Assembly: GCA_026014495.1 (NCBI GenBank) | Contig: JAOZIF010000187.1 | Location: 1 to 16,983, forward strand | Length of the DNA: 16,983 nucleotides | DNA from: Candidatus Bathyarchaeum sp. | GTDB lineage: Archaea; Thermoproteota; Bathyarchaeia; Bathyarchaeales; Bathyarchaeaceae | Direction of reading: 5' to 3' | Shown: positions 6,762-15,275 of the stretch, in pieces | Numbering within the stretch: position 1 is the stretch's first letter | How the letters are laid out: every line of letters begins with the position of its first letter | Made by a program: the position numbers and the translations under genes | Notes under the pieces: generated by a model | What the model saw: only the letters and a program-made list of their open reading frames with translations | What the model was told of the DNA's origin: nothing | The model's database searches: none

Positions 6762-7925
6762 TTATTCCACCACCTTTCTGTAAACTTCGACAGTCTTCAT
6801 AGCAACTGCTTCCCAACTATAAGCCTTGTGGAGCTTTTCTTTTGCATTATCAGCTAACCATTTGGCATGGTCAGGGTCTGATAATACTTTGTCAATTCCC
6901 CATGCAATAGAGTCTGGGCTTCGTGGATAAACAAAAATCCCTGTTTTGTCATGGTCTATCACTTCGGCTAAGCCGCCCACATTGCTAGCCACCACGGGCA
7001 CACCTGTAGCCATTCCTTCCAAAGCAACTATGCCAAAGGGTTCATAGATGGAAGGCACAACCAGAACGTCAGCGCTGGTCATTAGTTCAATAACTTCTTT
7101 GTCAGGAGCAAAACCTGTAAACTTAATCTTGTTGGCGTGTCCGCTGGCGTGAGCTTCAGCTTCTAGGATGTCTCTTGACCAGCCCTCTCCAACGATGATG
7201 TATTTTGCTTCTGGATAGCGTTTGGCTATTTTGGGTATTGCTCTTATGAAGTATTCTATTCCTTTTTGAGGAACCAAACGTCCTACACATAGAATCAGTT
7301 TTTCGCCCCAGCCTACTCCGTAATGTTGTCTAACTGCTCCGCGGTCAGCAGATGTTTGATATTTTGTTGCGTCTATTGCATTTGGAATCACGTCAACCTT
7401 TTTTTCTGGGATATTAAAGTGGTTGCATATTTCTTCTTTCATTGATTGGCTGCATACGATTACTCTATTTGCTTCGTATGTAGACCACCATTCTATCCCA
7501 TTTATAGAAAACGAGTCTGGACTATGTAGGCCTTGAGCTCTTCCAACTTCTGTGCTGTGTACCGTGAGAACCATCGGCTTTTTTATGTAGTGCTTAAATG
7601 AGATTCCTGAAAATGCGGCTAGCCAGTCGTGAACATGCATAACGTCAAAGTCAACTTTTCTGGTTACGTCAGCCATTCTCTTTGACAAGAAGTGGTTGAA
7701 CAGCAAGACCCATGTGAGAAAGTTGGGGTGACCTAGCTCTGTGGATGCACGGTAGACTTTTATGCCATCCATTTCTTCGTAATCTGGTGACCCCGGAAAG
7801 TCGAGCGTGAAAAGGTGCACATCATGTTTTTGCTGGACAAGGGCCTTGGCTAAGCCTTCACAGTGTCGGGCTATTCCACCCACGACTCTTGGCGGGAACT
7901 CCCATGTTAGTGTGCCCACTTTCAT
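6762..7925 (-). CDS. Glycosyltransferase family 4, paralog of 4129..5403
   Basis: MKVG..TWEFPPRVVGGIA, HVHDW, TVHS, IPNAID, VGRL..QKG and the EX7E motif PSIYEPFGIVALEGM. SD GGTGA upstream. Confidence 0.95.
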   Translation of the reverse strand: MKVGTLTWEFPPRVVGGIARHCEGLAKALVQQKHDVHLFTLDFPGSPDYEEMDGIKVYRASTELGHPNFLTWVLLFNHFLSKRMADVTRKVDFDVMHVHDWLAAFSGISFKHYIKKPMVLTVHSTEVGRAQGLHSPDSFSINGIEWWSTYEANRVIVCSQSMKEEICNHFNIPEKKVDVIPNAIDATKYQTSADRGAVRQHYGVGWGEKLILCVGRLVPQKGIEYFIRAIPKIAKRYPEAKYIIVGEGWSRDILEAEAHASGHANKIKFTGFAPDKEVIELMTSADVLVVPSIYEPFGIVALEGMATGVPVVASNVGGLAEVIDHDKTGIFVYPRSPDSIAWGIDKVLSDPDHAKWLADNAKEKLHKAYSWEAVAMKTVEVYRKVVE

Positions 7926-7945
7926 TTTTGTTCACCAGACTTGTA

Positions 7946-7973
7946 ACATATGGTAAATTGAGTTAATATGTTG
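7946..7973. promoter_or_regulatory. Inverted repeat AACATAT-N14-ATATGTT, candidate operator upstream of the second GT4
   Basis: Perfect 7-bp inverted repeat 20-48 nt upstream of the 7925 start. It shares the ATGTT core with the 3847-3946 repeats. Confidence 0.4.
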
Positions 7974-8112
7974 TTCAGTTGTTTTTGTGAATTGAATCTT
8001 GCTATTAGCTTTATTGAATCTGTAATATGGTCACTGACTATAAGTTTCTTTGCACCTCGACAAAAACTTGGTGTTTATTAGATGCGAAATATTTAGTGTT
8101 CTAAAATCGTGG

Positions 8113-8523
8113 ATGGTATCTGCATTGAAGGTGTTGTTTGTCTGCACAGGTAACGCTTGCCGAAGCCCATTAGCAGATGCGCTACTAAAAAAGCTTAGGC
8201 CAGACATCGAAATTGATTCTGCTGGAACCTACGCATACTACAAAGTTGTGGACCTGACACGAAGATATGCGGAAGAGCACGGCGCCAGCGAATTCTTGAA
8301 ATCTGTTCCTGACAGCCTAGACTCAAAAAACCTTTGCGTTTACGATTTGATAGTTGCCATGGAACGAGAACATGAACAAGCTATTCTTGACCAAGCACCA
8401 GACTGCGGCGACAAAATCGTAGTGTGGCACATCAGCGACCCCTACCAGCTACCCTATAAACAGGCTTCACGCGAGTTTGATAAAATAAAAAGCAAAGTTG
8501 CGAACCTAGCAAAAACACTATAA
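8113..8523 (+). CDS. Low-molecular-weight protein-tyrosine phosphatase / ArsC-fold protein
   Basis: P-loop VLFVCTGNACRS (CX5R), IDSAGT, DLIVAME and the general-acid DPY motif. I moved the start from 8050 to ATG 8113 because the fold begins there. Confidence 0.9.
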   Translation: MVSALKVLFVCTGNACRSPLADALLKKLRPDIEIDSAGTYAYYKVVDLTRRYAEEHGASEFLKSVPDSLDSKNLCVYDLIVAMEREHEQAILDQAPDCGDKIVVWHISDPYQLPYKQASREFDKIKSKVANLAKTL

Positions 8524-8528
8524 ACGTC

Positions 8529-8535
8529 TTTTTTT
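8529..8535 (+). terminator. T7 tract, candidate archaeal terminator
   Basis: Seven T residues starting 6 nt after the LMW-PTP stop. Confidence 0.4.
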
Positions 8536-8706
8536 GACAGAAAAATGCATGTTTTTAGAGTTCAAATTTAGCTTTTCCCCTTTTTTCAGTTTCAGTTTTT
8601 GATATATGTCAGTGGCTGGAATTCTTCTTTTTTAGGACACATAGAATCTGTTAGTTTAGTCCGTTTGACGGTTACAGAATTTCGCTTTCATGGAGAAAAA
8701 CAGGAA

Positions 8707-9198
8707 ATGAAAAAGCCACGAACAATTTCTATCGAAGCCATAGTTAACCCTGTTAAAGAATTATTTACTTCAGACAATTTTTTAGAAAAAGTTCTAAACC
8801 CTCTTCCGTTGCAGGAACAATGGGTTACACGACTCTTGGCATTTAGTATCGATTATATTCTAATGATTCTGGTAACTGGAATCACAAAAGACCTAATCTT
8901 TCCTACAGGGCATTTCTCATTTATTGACTACGTGCTCCTCGTAGGAGTAGTGTCACTTTTTTACTTCTCACTAACCGAAGCAATTCTCGGATACACAGTA
9001 GGAAAAAGACTTTTTGAACTCAAAGTTGTGACACAAACAGGCAACAAACCAGAACTCAAAACAGCTTTCATAAGAAACATCAGCAAAGTCTTTTTTGGGC
9101 TACTGATTTTAGACCTAATCGCAAATTACTTAACAACAGACAACCTTAACCAACGTTACGTCGACAAATTTGCACATACCTCAGTTGAAAATTGGTAA
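8707..9198 (+). CDS. RDD-family membrane protein
   Basis: RLLAFSIDYILM, two hydrophobic helices, GYTVGKRLFELKVV, RNISK and a C-terminal DKFAHTSV. I moved the start from 8599 to ATG 8707. Confidence 0.85.
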   Translation: MKKPRTISIEAIVNPVKELFTSDNFLEKVLNPLPLQEQWVTRLLAFSIDYILMILVTGITKDLIFPTGHFSFIDYVLLVGVVSLFYFSLTEAILGYTVGKRLFELKVVTQTGNKPELKTAFIRNISKVFFGLLILDLIANYLTTDNLNQRYVDKFAHTSVENW

Positions 9199-9282
9199 CT
9201 TGTACATTTCATTATCTTTACACAAATGGCTCAAACACTTTACCCAAAAAATACGGGTGGCTTTCTGTTTAGCTTACTTTGA

Positions 9283-9759
9283 TTATTCATAGGTTGTCTT
9301 TCTTTTTTGTGATTTAGCTTTGACTTTTTCTGCGCCATGTGTATGATAAAGCGTAAAAATGCAGTCTAGTTGCTCTTTCGGAGGGCCTTCAAATTTTATG
9401 AATGCTGTTTGAAATGTTCTGATTGTCTGGTGAGGGCGAATCCATCTGATTGATCCGTTTTCAACAAGGGGTTCCTGATTTGACATTTTTAGATTATAGT
9501 CTTTTTCTTTGTATTCAAACTTCAAGTCTATGCCTAGCATGTCTGTTCCGCGGTCTCCAAGGTTCCTTAACTCCGTTTCGCTCCAAAACGATAACACCTT
9601 TGTTTCATTCTCAAAATAGTGTTCACAACTTAGCACATTTATTGTTAGACGTGGATTTTCTCGTTTTAATCTCCAAAGGTGAACTGTAAGCGAGACAACA
9701 CCAGCGATGGTGCCAACTATACCCAAAGTCAAGTTCACAAGGTCCATGTCAATTGTCAT
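9283..9759 (-). CDS. Hypothetical single-pass membrane protein with a beta-rich soluble domain
   Basis: N-terminal TM helix (LTLGIVGTIAGVVSLTVHLW) followed by basic RLKRE, then alternating beta-strands. ATG 9759 has SD GGGGGAAG upstream; the ORF track starts it at TTG 9777. Confidence 0.75.
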   Translation of the reverse strand: MTIDMDLVNLTLGIVGTIAGVVSLTVHLWRLKRENPRLTINVLSCEHYFENETKVLSFWSETELRNLGDRGTDMLGIDLKFEYKEKDYNLKMSNQEPLVENGSIRWIRPHQTIRTFQTAFIKFEGPPKEQLDCIFTLYHTHGAEKVKAKSQKRKTTYE

Positions 9760-10085
9760 GTGATTTTCTTCCCCCAAAAACTGGTTTTACTCTTTAGGTG
9801 ACTTTTATTCGCGGTATTTTCATCTGTGGCTCATTTAAATTGAGTATTCTAGTGCAATGTTATTGCCACTAAACTAGTTTTTAACCTTTTTTAGGGTTTC
9901 AATCGAAAATGTGTTTCTTTAATGGTGCACTTTCTGTTGCGTTTGCTGTTTGATGTGGAACCTTGCTGCTGAAATCTCAGTTGACAAAAAACAGAGATAT
10001 GCCAAAAAGTAACATTCCACAAATAGAGCTACAATTATAAGTCAACGAACCTAGAGATTGTTAAATCGTTTATCTTAAAGAAAGG

Positions 10086-11678
10086 GTGTTTGAACCTGTG
10101 AGCAAGTCACTAAGTCTGGGCAGAACCTCCGCTAAAGGCGGATTCAATATACTTTGGGGCCTAATGATTTCGTCCATAATTTCAGCTGTAGGTGTAATGA
10201 TAGTTGCTGGAATATTGTCAGAAGAGGAGTTTGGTTTAGTAACAGTTGCCCTTATTGGCCCCAACATAATAATGTTCATCAAAGACTTGGGTCTTGACCA
10301 AGCAACAATAAAGCATGCAACACAATACAAAACCGAAGGCAACACAAAAAGACTGGAAAGCATCCTAGTTACAGGAACAACCTTTGAGATAGTATTTGGA
10401 ACAATCTTCACGTTAATTTCCATACTCGCATCTGGATTTATGGCAAACATACTAGAAAGACCAACAATCGTGCCTTTAATCCAGATTGCGTCATTTATAA
10501 TCCTCGCAGGTGCTCTACTAAAGGCGGCACAATCGGCATTCATCGGATACGAACGAATAAAACTGCACAGTGTCACTTTGATAATTCATTCAGTATTAAA
10601 GACAGGGCTAATGATACTGCTTGTCACTTTGAGTTTTGGAACCTATGGTGCAATAATTGGAAACGCAGTATCCTATCTTAGTGCAGGAATAATTAGCGTA
10701 ATCCTTCTTTATTTAGTTATTATCAAACAGATAAAAACGCCAAAAAGTCAACTGGAAATTATGTCAACGTTGCGAACCATGCTAAAATTTGGTTTGCCGC
10801 TCTCAGTATCCGCGATGCTTGTTGGTGTTTTATCGCAGTTTTACAGTTTTCTAGTTGCAATATATAGCACTGACTTGATTATGGGCAACTACCAAATAGC
10901 ACTAAACTTTGTTGTTTTGGTGAACATTTTTTCATCCTCATTAACTACAATACTGTTCCCAACTTTCTCTAAAATCAAGGCACATGAAGACCCAAAAACG
11001 CTAAAAGATGTTTTCCAGTATTCCGTTAAATATGCTACGCTTCTAGTTGTGCCATTGACTTTCGCAGTGATGGTGCTTTCTGAACCTGGTGTAGCGTCTC
11101 TATTTTATGATAAATACGAGTATGCTCCGCTTCTCTTGTCGCTTTATGTAATCACTTACTTGTATTCGGCAGCTGGGAGCCTGAGTGCGAGTTCTCTAAT
11201 TAATAGTCAAGGAAAAACTAAGGTTAACATGAAAATTACGATACTTACGTTCATGGTGGGAATTGTTTTGAGTTTGGTTTTGATTCCCTATTTTGGTGTC
11301 TACGGGTTAATAGCGACCAACAGTTTGGCTAGTGTTCCAGGTTTAGTTGTGAGTTTATGGTGGATAAAGAAGAACTACAATGTTACTGTGAATTGGGTGT
11401 CATCAATTAAAATTCTAGTTGCGTCAGCATTCTCTGCTGGTTTAACGTATTTTGTAATTAATTCTCTGAGTCTCTCCAACTGGATTTGTTTAGTTTTAGG
11501 GGCAGCAGTTTTTCTGGGAAGTTACATATTTGTTGCTCCTTTGATAGGTGCAATAACTTATGGTGACACGCAAAACTTGAAGGATATGCTAAAAAGTTTA
11601 GGTCCGTTGGCTTTGGTCATCGATGTGCTGCTTTACCCTATAGAAAAGATTACTAGTGCTACAAAAAAGGAAACTTAA
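10086..11678 (+). CDS. Wzx/MurJ (MOP superfamily) oligosaccharide flippase
   Basis: 530 aa with about 14 hydrophobic segments and the motifs LSEEEFG, DLGLDQA, KFGLPLS, GNYQIA and LFPTFSK. Confidence 0.9.
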   Translation: MFEPVSKSLSLGRTSAKGGFNILWGLMISSIISAVGVMIVAGILSEEEFGLVTVALIGPNIIMFIKDLGLDQATIKHATQYKTEGNTKRLESILVTGTTFEIVFGTIFTLISILASGFMANILERPTIVPLIQIASFIILAGALLKAAQSAFIGYERIKLHSVTLIIHSVLKTGLMILLVTLSFGTYGAIIGNAVSYLSAGIISVILLYLVIIKQIKTPKSQLEIMSTLRTMLKFGLPLSVSAMLVGVLSQFYSFLVAIYSTDLIMGNYQIALNFVVLVNIFSSSLTTILFPTFSKIKAHEDPKTLKDVFQYSVKYATLLVVPLTFAVMVLSEPGVASLFYDKYEYAPLLLSLYVITYLYSAAGSLSASSLINSQGKTKVNMKITILTFMVGIVLSLVLIPYFGVYGLIATNSLASVPGLVVSLWWIKKNYNVTVNWVSSIKILVASAFSAGLTYFVINSLSLSNWICLVLGAAVFLGSYIFVAPLIGAITYGDTQNLKDMLKSLGPLALVIDVLLYPIEKITSATKKET

Positions 11679-11792
11679 TGTCTTTTGATGAAAAAGTGAG
11701 TCTTGCATTTTTGTATTTTCTTGGGTCAATTAGGCCTTTGTTTTTAAAAGATTATGATGATATAATATGTGCCTGTGAGGTGAACTTGAGTT

Positions 11793-12875
11793 ATGGTCAC
11801 TGTTTTGGATAAGGCAAACAAAATTGAGGAAATTGATAAGAGCAACATGCTCAACGACTTGGTGAACACTCCAAATTATTGCCTAGACGCAATGCAACGG
11901 GCTAATCAGGTAAATGTGCCCAAAGGGTTGAACCCAAAAAACGTTGTGCTTGTGGGTATGGGTGGCTCAGCAATAGGTGGAGAAATCCTAAAAGACTGGC
12001 TACGTGATGTTCTCACAATTCCTGTGGAAGTCTGCAGAGACTATTTTCTTCCAGCGTACGTAAACAAGGATAGCCTAGTTTTTGTGAACAGCTACTCGGG
12101 AAACACGGAGGAAACCTTATCTGCCTTTAGTTCTGCAGTACAACGAAATTGTACACTTTTAGCCATTACTTCGGGCGGAAAACTTGAAAACTTATGCATC
12201 AAACTGCAGGTGCCCTATGTGAAGATACCGTCTGGGTTGCAGCCTCGTGTCGGAATTCCGTACATGTTTTTTCCTCTTCCGGTTCTTATGGAAAAAGCGG
12301 GTTTGCTCACAAACGTAGCTGCTGAACTAAACGAAGCAATAGCTGTCCTTGAGCAAGTATGCAAAACAATCGCTCCAGACGTTCCCACAAAGGACAACCA
12401 TGCAAAGCAACTTGCTACAAAACTGGTTGGTGCAATACCTGTAGTTTATGGCTTTGGACAATATGGTTCTGTGGCTCATAGGTTGAAGGCTCAATTCAAC
12501 GAAAACAGCAAGGTTCATAGTAGATTTGATGTTTTTCCTGAGCTAAACCACAACGAAACCGTGGGATACGAAGCGCCTGAATTTCTTAACGAAAAACATT
12601 CAGTTATTCTTATCCGAGACCACCAAGAGTCTCCAGAAATCAGAGCTCGAATAGAAACAACAACCAAGTTTGTCTTTAGCAGAGCCAAAAATGTGCTTAC
12701 ATTACAGGTAAGTGGGGAAGGAAAACTAGCAAAGATGTTTTCAGTCTTGTACACAGGGGACTTTGCAAGTGTCTACTTGGCAATACTACAGGGCATTGAC
12801 CCAACCCCTGTTACAATCATTGATACCATAAAAAGCGAGCTAGCCACAAAAAAGCAGCAGTCAAGAAACGTTTGA
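11793..12875 (+). CDS. pgi: Bifunctional phosphoglucose/phosphomannose isomerase (archaeal SIS-domain PGI/PMI)
   Basis: GMGGSAIGG, SYSGNTEETL, ITSGGKL, QPR, QFNENSK, FPELNHNE and DPTPV. SD GAGGTGA at 11777-11783. Confidence 0.95.
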   Translation: MVTVLDKANKIEEIDKSNMLNDLVNTPNYCLDAMQRANQVNVPKGLNPKNVVLVGMGGSAIGGEILKDWLRDVLTIPVEVCRDYFLPAYVNKDSLVFVNSYSGNTEETLSAFSSAVQRNCTLLAITSGGKLENLCIKLQVPYVKIPSGLQPRVGIPYMFFPLPVLMEKAGLLTNVAAELNEAIAVLEQVCKTIAPDVPTKDNHAKQLATKLVGAIPVVYGFGQYGSVAHRLKAQFNENSKVHSRFDVFPELNHNETVGYEAPEFLNEKHSVILIRDHQESPEIRARIETTTKFVFSRAKNVLTLQVSGEGKLAKMFSVLYTGDFASVYLAILQGIDPTPVTIIDTIKSELATKKQQSRNV

Positions 12876-12947
12876 TGCTGAACGGCAAACCAAAGGCAAC
12901 ATTGTGTTTTTATTCATGTACTACTGTAAGTCTGTAGATTTCCATTA

Positions 12948-14513
12948 ATGGATGCGGAGCGGAAAACTGTGAAACAACCGAAAGACAAGTACGAAGTTGT
13001 AAGCGAAATGGGCAAACGTAGGGGCTACTTCTGGCAATCCTACGAAATATACGGTGGCGTTGGCGGATTCATAACTTATGGTCCCCTTGGTTCATTACTC
13101 AAAAGAAGGCTGGAAGAAAAATTCAGAAGATTCTATCTTCAGCCTTTAGCAATTCTTGAAATTGAAACGTCAGTAATTATGCCTGAGAATGTTTTGGAGG
13201 CTTCAGGTCACGTAGAAAACTTCAAGGAACCCACAGTTGAATGTACTAAATGTAAACGCAAGTTCCGTGCCGATCATCTGCTTCAAGAGTTCGGAGAAAT
13301 GACTGATACAGAAACTGAGAAAATGGCTCTTCAAAGTGTTGTGGATGAACTGAAAAGCCATAACATTCGTTGTCCCGACTGTGGCGGAGACTTTAACAAG
13401 GCTGAACAGTTCATGACCATGTTCACAACAACTATTGGACCTTACTCTGATTCTGTTGGTTATGGGCGCCCTGAAGCGGCTCAGGGAATCTTTGTTGAGT
13501 TCAAGCGCATCTTTGAAAGTGCTCGTGGCCGTCTTCCTTTAGGGGTTGCCCAGATTGGTCATGCGCTTAGAAACGAGATTTCTCCACGGCAAGGACCAGT
13601 GCGGCTTAGAGAATTTACGATAATTGATATAGAGTTCTTCTTTGATCCTGAAGACAAAAAGTGTTTGATTATTAATGATGTTGGAGACGAAACTCTTCGT
13701 TTTGTGCTTGCAGAAAACAAGCTTAAAGGCATAACAGAGCCAGTGACAATCACAATCAAAGAGGCACTAAACAAAGGCATAATTAAAGAAGAATGGCAAG
13801 CCTATTTCATGGCTCAAGCCAAGCGTTTTCTGGTTGAGATGGGAGTCCCAGAAGATCAGCAGCGTTTCATCGAAAAACTGGACTATGAACGTGCACACTA
13901 TTCGATGCAGGGCTTTGATCAGGAGGTTTATTTGGAGCGGTGGGGCTGGACAGAGGTTTCTGGTCACAACTATCGAACAGATTTTGACTTAAGTCGCCAC
14001 ATGAAAGCTAGTGGGGTAGACTTGACTGCGTTTAAGGAATCCGAGGATGGTGGAAAAAGGTTTGTTCCTCACGTTATTGAGCCAAGTTTTGGGTTGGATC
14101 GGTTGGTGTATGTTGCATTAGAGTATGCGTACACAAAACGAAACAAACGAACAGTTCTGAGTTTACCGCGTGACCTTACCCCAATGCAGGTTAGTGTTTT
14201 TCCTTTAATGAATAAAGATGGCTTGCTTGAGAAGGCAGACGAGGTCTATCATCTACTTGTTAATGAGGGATTCACCGTGGACTGGGACTCATCAGGCTCC
14301 ATCGGAAGGCGATATGCACGAGCGGATGAAGTGGGAACTCCTCTGGGAATTACAATTGACTATGGCACACTTGAGGATGGCACCGTTACATTACGTGACC
14401 GTGATAGCTGGAAGCAGGTGCGAAGCAAACTTGCTGAGTTACCTTCTTTGTTGCATGGTTACTTCTGTAACAGGCTCAACTTTGAGGATTTAGGACAAAT
14501 AATTGAACGCTAA
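12948..14513 (+). CDS. glyS: Glycine--tRNA ligase (alpha2, archaeal/eukaryotic type)
   Basis: RRGYFW..EIYGG..GF.TYGPLG, ASGHV.NF, two CxxC pairs, RPEAAQGIF, RNEISPRQG..RLREF, PHVIEPSFGLDR and the anticodon domain SGSIGRRYARADEVGTP. GTG 12969 is a possible alternative start. Confidence 0.98.
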   Translation: MDAERKTVKQPKDKYEVVSEMGKRRGYFWQSYEIYGGVGGFITYGPLGSLLKRRLEEKFRRFYLQPLAILEIETSVIMPENVLEASGHVENFKEPTVECTKCKRKFRADHLLQEFGEMTDTETEKMALQSVVDELKSHNIRCPDCGGDFNKAEQFMTMFTTTIGPYSDSVGYGRPEAAQGIFVEFKRIFESARGRLPLGVAQIGHALRNEISPRQGPVRLREFTIIDIEFFFDPEDKKCLIINDVGDETLRFVLAENKLKGITEPVTITIKEALNKGIIKEEWQAYFMAQAKRFLVEMGVPEDQQRFIEKLDYERAHYSMQGFDQEVYLERWGWTEVSGHNYRTDFDLSRHMKASGVDLTAFKESEDGGKRFVPHVIEPSFGLDRLVYVALEYAYTKRNKRTVLSLPRDLTPMQVSVFPLMNKDGLLEKADEVYHLLVNEGFTVDWDSSGSIGRRYARADEVGTPLGITIDYGTLEDGTVTLRDRDSWKQVRSKLAELPSLLHGYFCNRLNFEDLGQIIER

Positions 14514-14540
14514 TCAACTGTAGAACAGAAAAGCTAACTC

Positions 14541-14558
14541 TTTTTAAGAGACTCTACT
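14541..14558 (+). promoter_or_regulatory. Candidate BRE-TATA (AAGCTAACTC-TTTTTAAG) for DUF47-endA
   Basis: Lies in the 89-nt gap after glyS, about 45 nt upstream of ATG 14603, with SD GAGG near 14592. Confidence 0.35.
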
Positions 14559-14602
14559 CTATTTTATTTTGGTTAAAATTTGGAAAATTATGAGGCAACG
14601 AT

Positions 14603-15262
14603 ATGGTATTTCCAGTAGAGACTGAAGAACGGGTGAAACGAAAAGCGCTTGACGTTTCCAGAGACCACCTCAGAGAAGTAGTGGATATTTCTCGCAAAAT
14701 TTCACAGCTGGTATCCTCTTTTGTGAACGGCGACAAAAATTCTGCTCAAGAACTGTTTGCTGACATCAAAAAGCATCAAAACAGTGTCGACATTGCACAA
14801 CGCAATGTTTCAAGGGAGCTTGCCGAGATAGGTGCCATATTGATGAGCCGCGAAGATTTTCTGCGTTTTACTAACCTGACAGGTGACATAGCTGATTACT
14901 GTGAAGGAATCGCATTTAGATTAATTCAGATTATGGAACGAGGCTGGAATGTTCCAAAGCAGATTAAAGAGGACCTTGTTAAGCTTTCTGACGCCGTGTT
15001 TGACACAATCTCTAGACTTAGAGAAACCGCGATGACCCTAAATTACGGTACTTCCAAGGCGCTAGAAAAGGCTAGAGAAGTTGATGTTGCCGAGCGCGTA
15101 GTGGACGATATTTACAGGCAACTGGAAGTCGATATTATCGATGGCAAAATGGACCTTCCGCCCATGTTTCTGTTGTGGACTGTAGTTCAGCATCTGGAAG
15201 AAGCCGCAGACAAAGCTAAAGCTGCATCAGATGTTGCTCGCATACTTGCGCTCACAATTTAA
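14603..15262 (+). CDS. DUF47 / PhoU-like all-helical protein
   Basis: Two internal helical repeats with the motifs REDF..F.NL.GDIADYCE and E...DDIYR.....LEEAAD. Confidence 0.85.
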   Translation: MVFPVETEERVKRKALDVSRDHLREVVDISRKISQLVSSFVNGDKNSAQELFADIKKHQNSVDIAQRNVSRELAEIGAILMSREDFLRFTNLTGDIADYCEGIAFRLIQIMERGWNVPKQIKEDLVKLSDAVFDTISRLRETAMTLNYGTSKALEKAREVDVAERVVDDIYRQLEVDIIDGKMDLPPMFLLWTVVQHLEEAADKAKAASDVARILALTI

Positions 15263-15275
15263 AGCGTGAAATTGC

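Noticed and set aside
8050-8112. N-terminal extension of the LMW-PTP from TTG 8050, and the similar extensions at 8599, 6816 and 16389
   Set aside because: The extensions are intergenic-like or overlap the upstream gene. The downstream starts have better SD sites or coupling and match the domain boundaries.
8113-8523. Assignment as arsenate reductase arsC
   Set aside because: I could not place the resolving Cys pair of thioredoxin-coupled ArsC with confidence, and no arsR, arsB or acr3 gene is adjacent.
9909-10040. Tiny ORFs MCFFNGALSVAFAV* and MPKSNIPQIELQL* upstream of the flippase
   Set aside because: They have no SD or internal pattern, and ORFs of this length are expected by chance.
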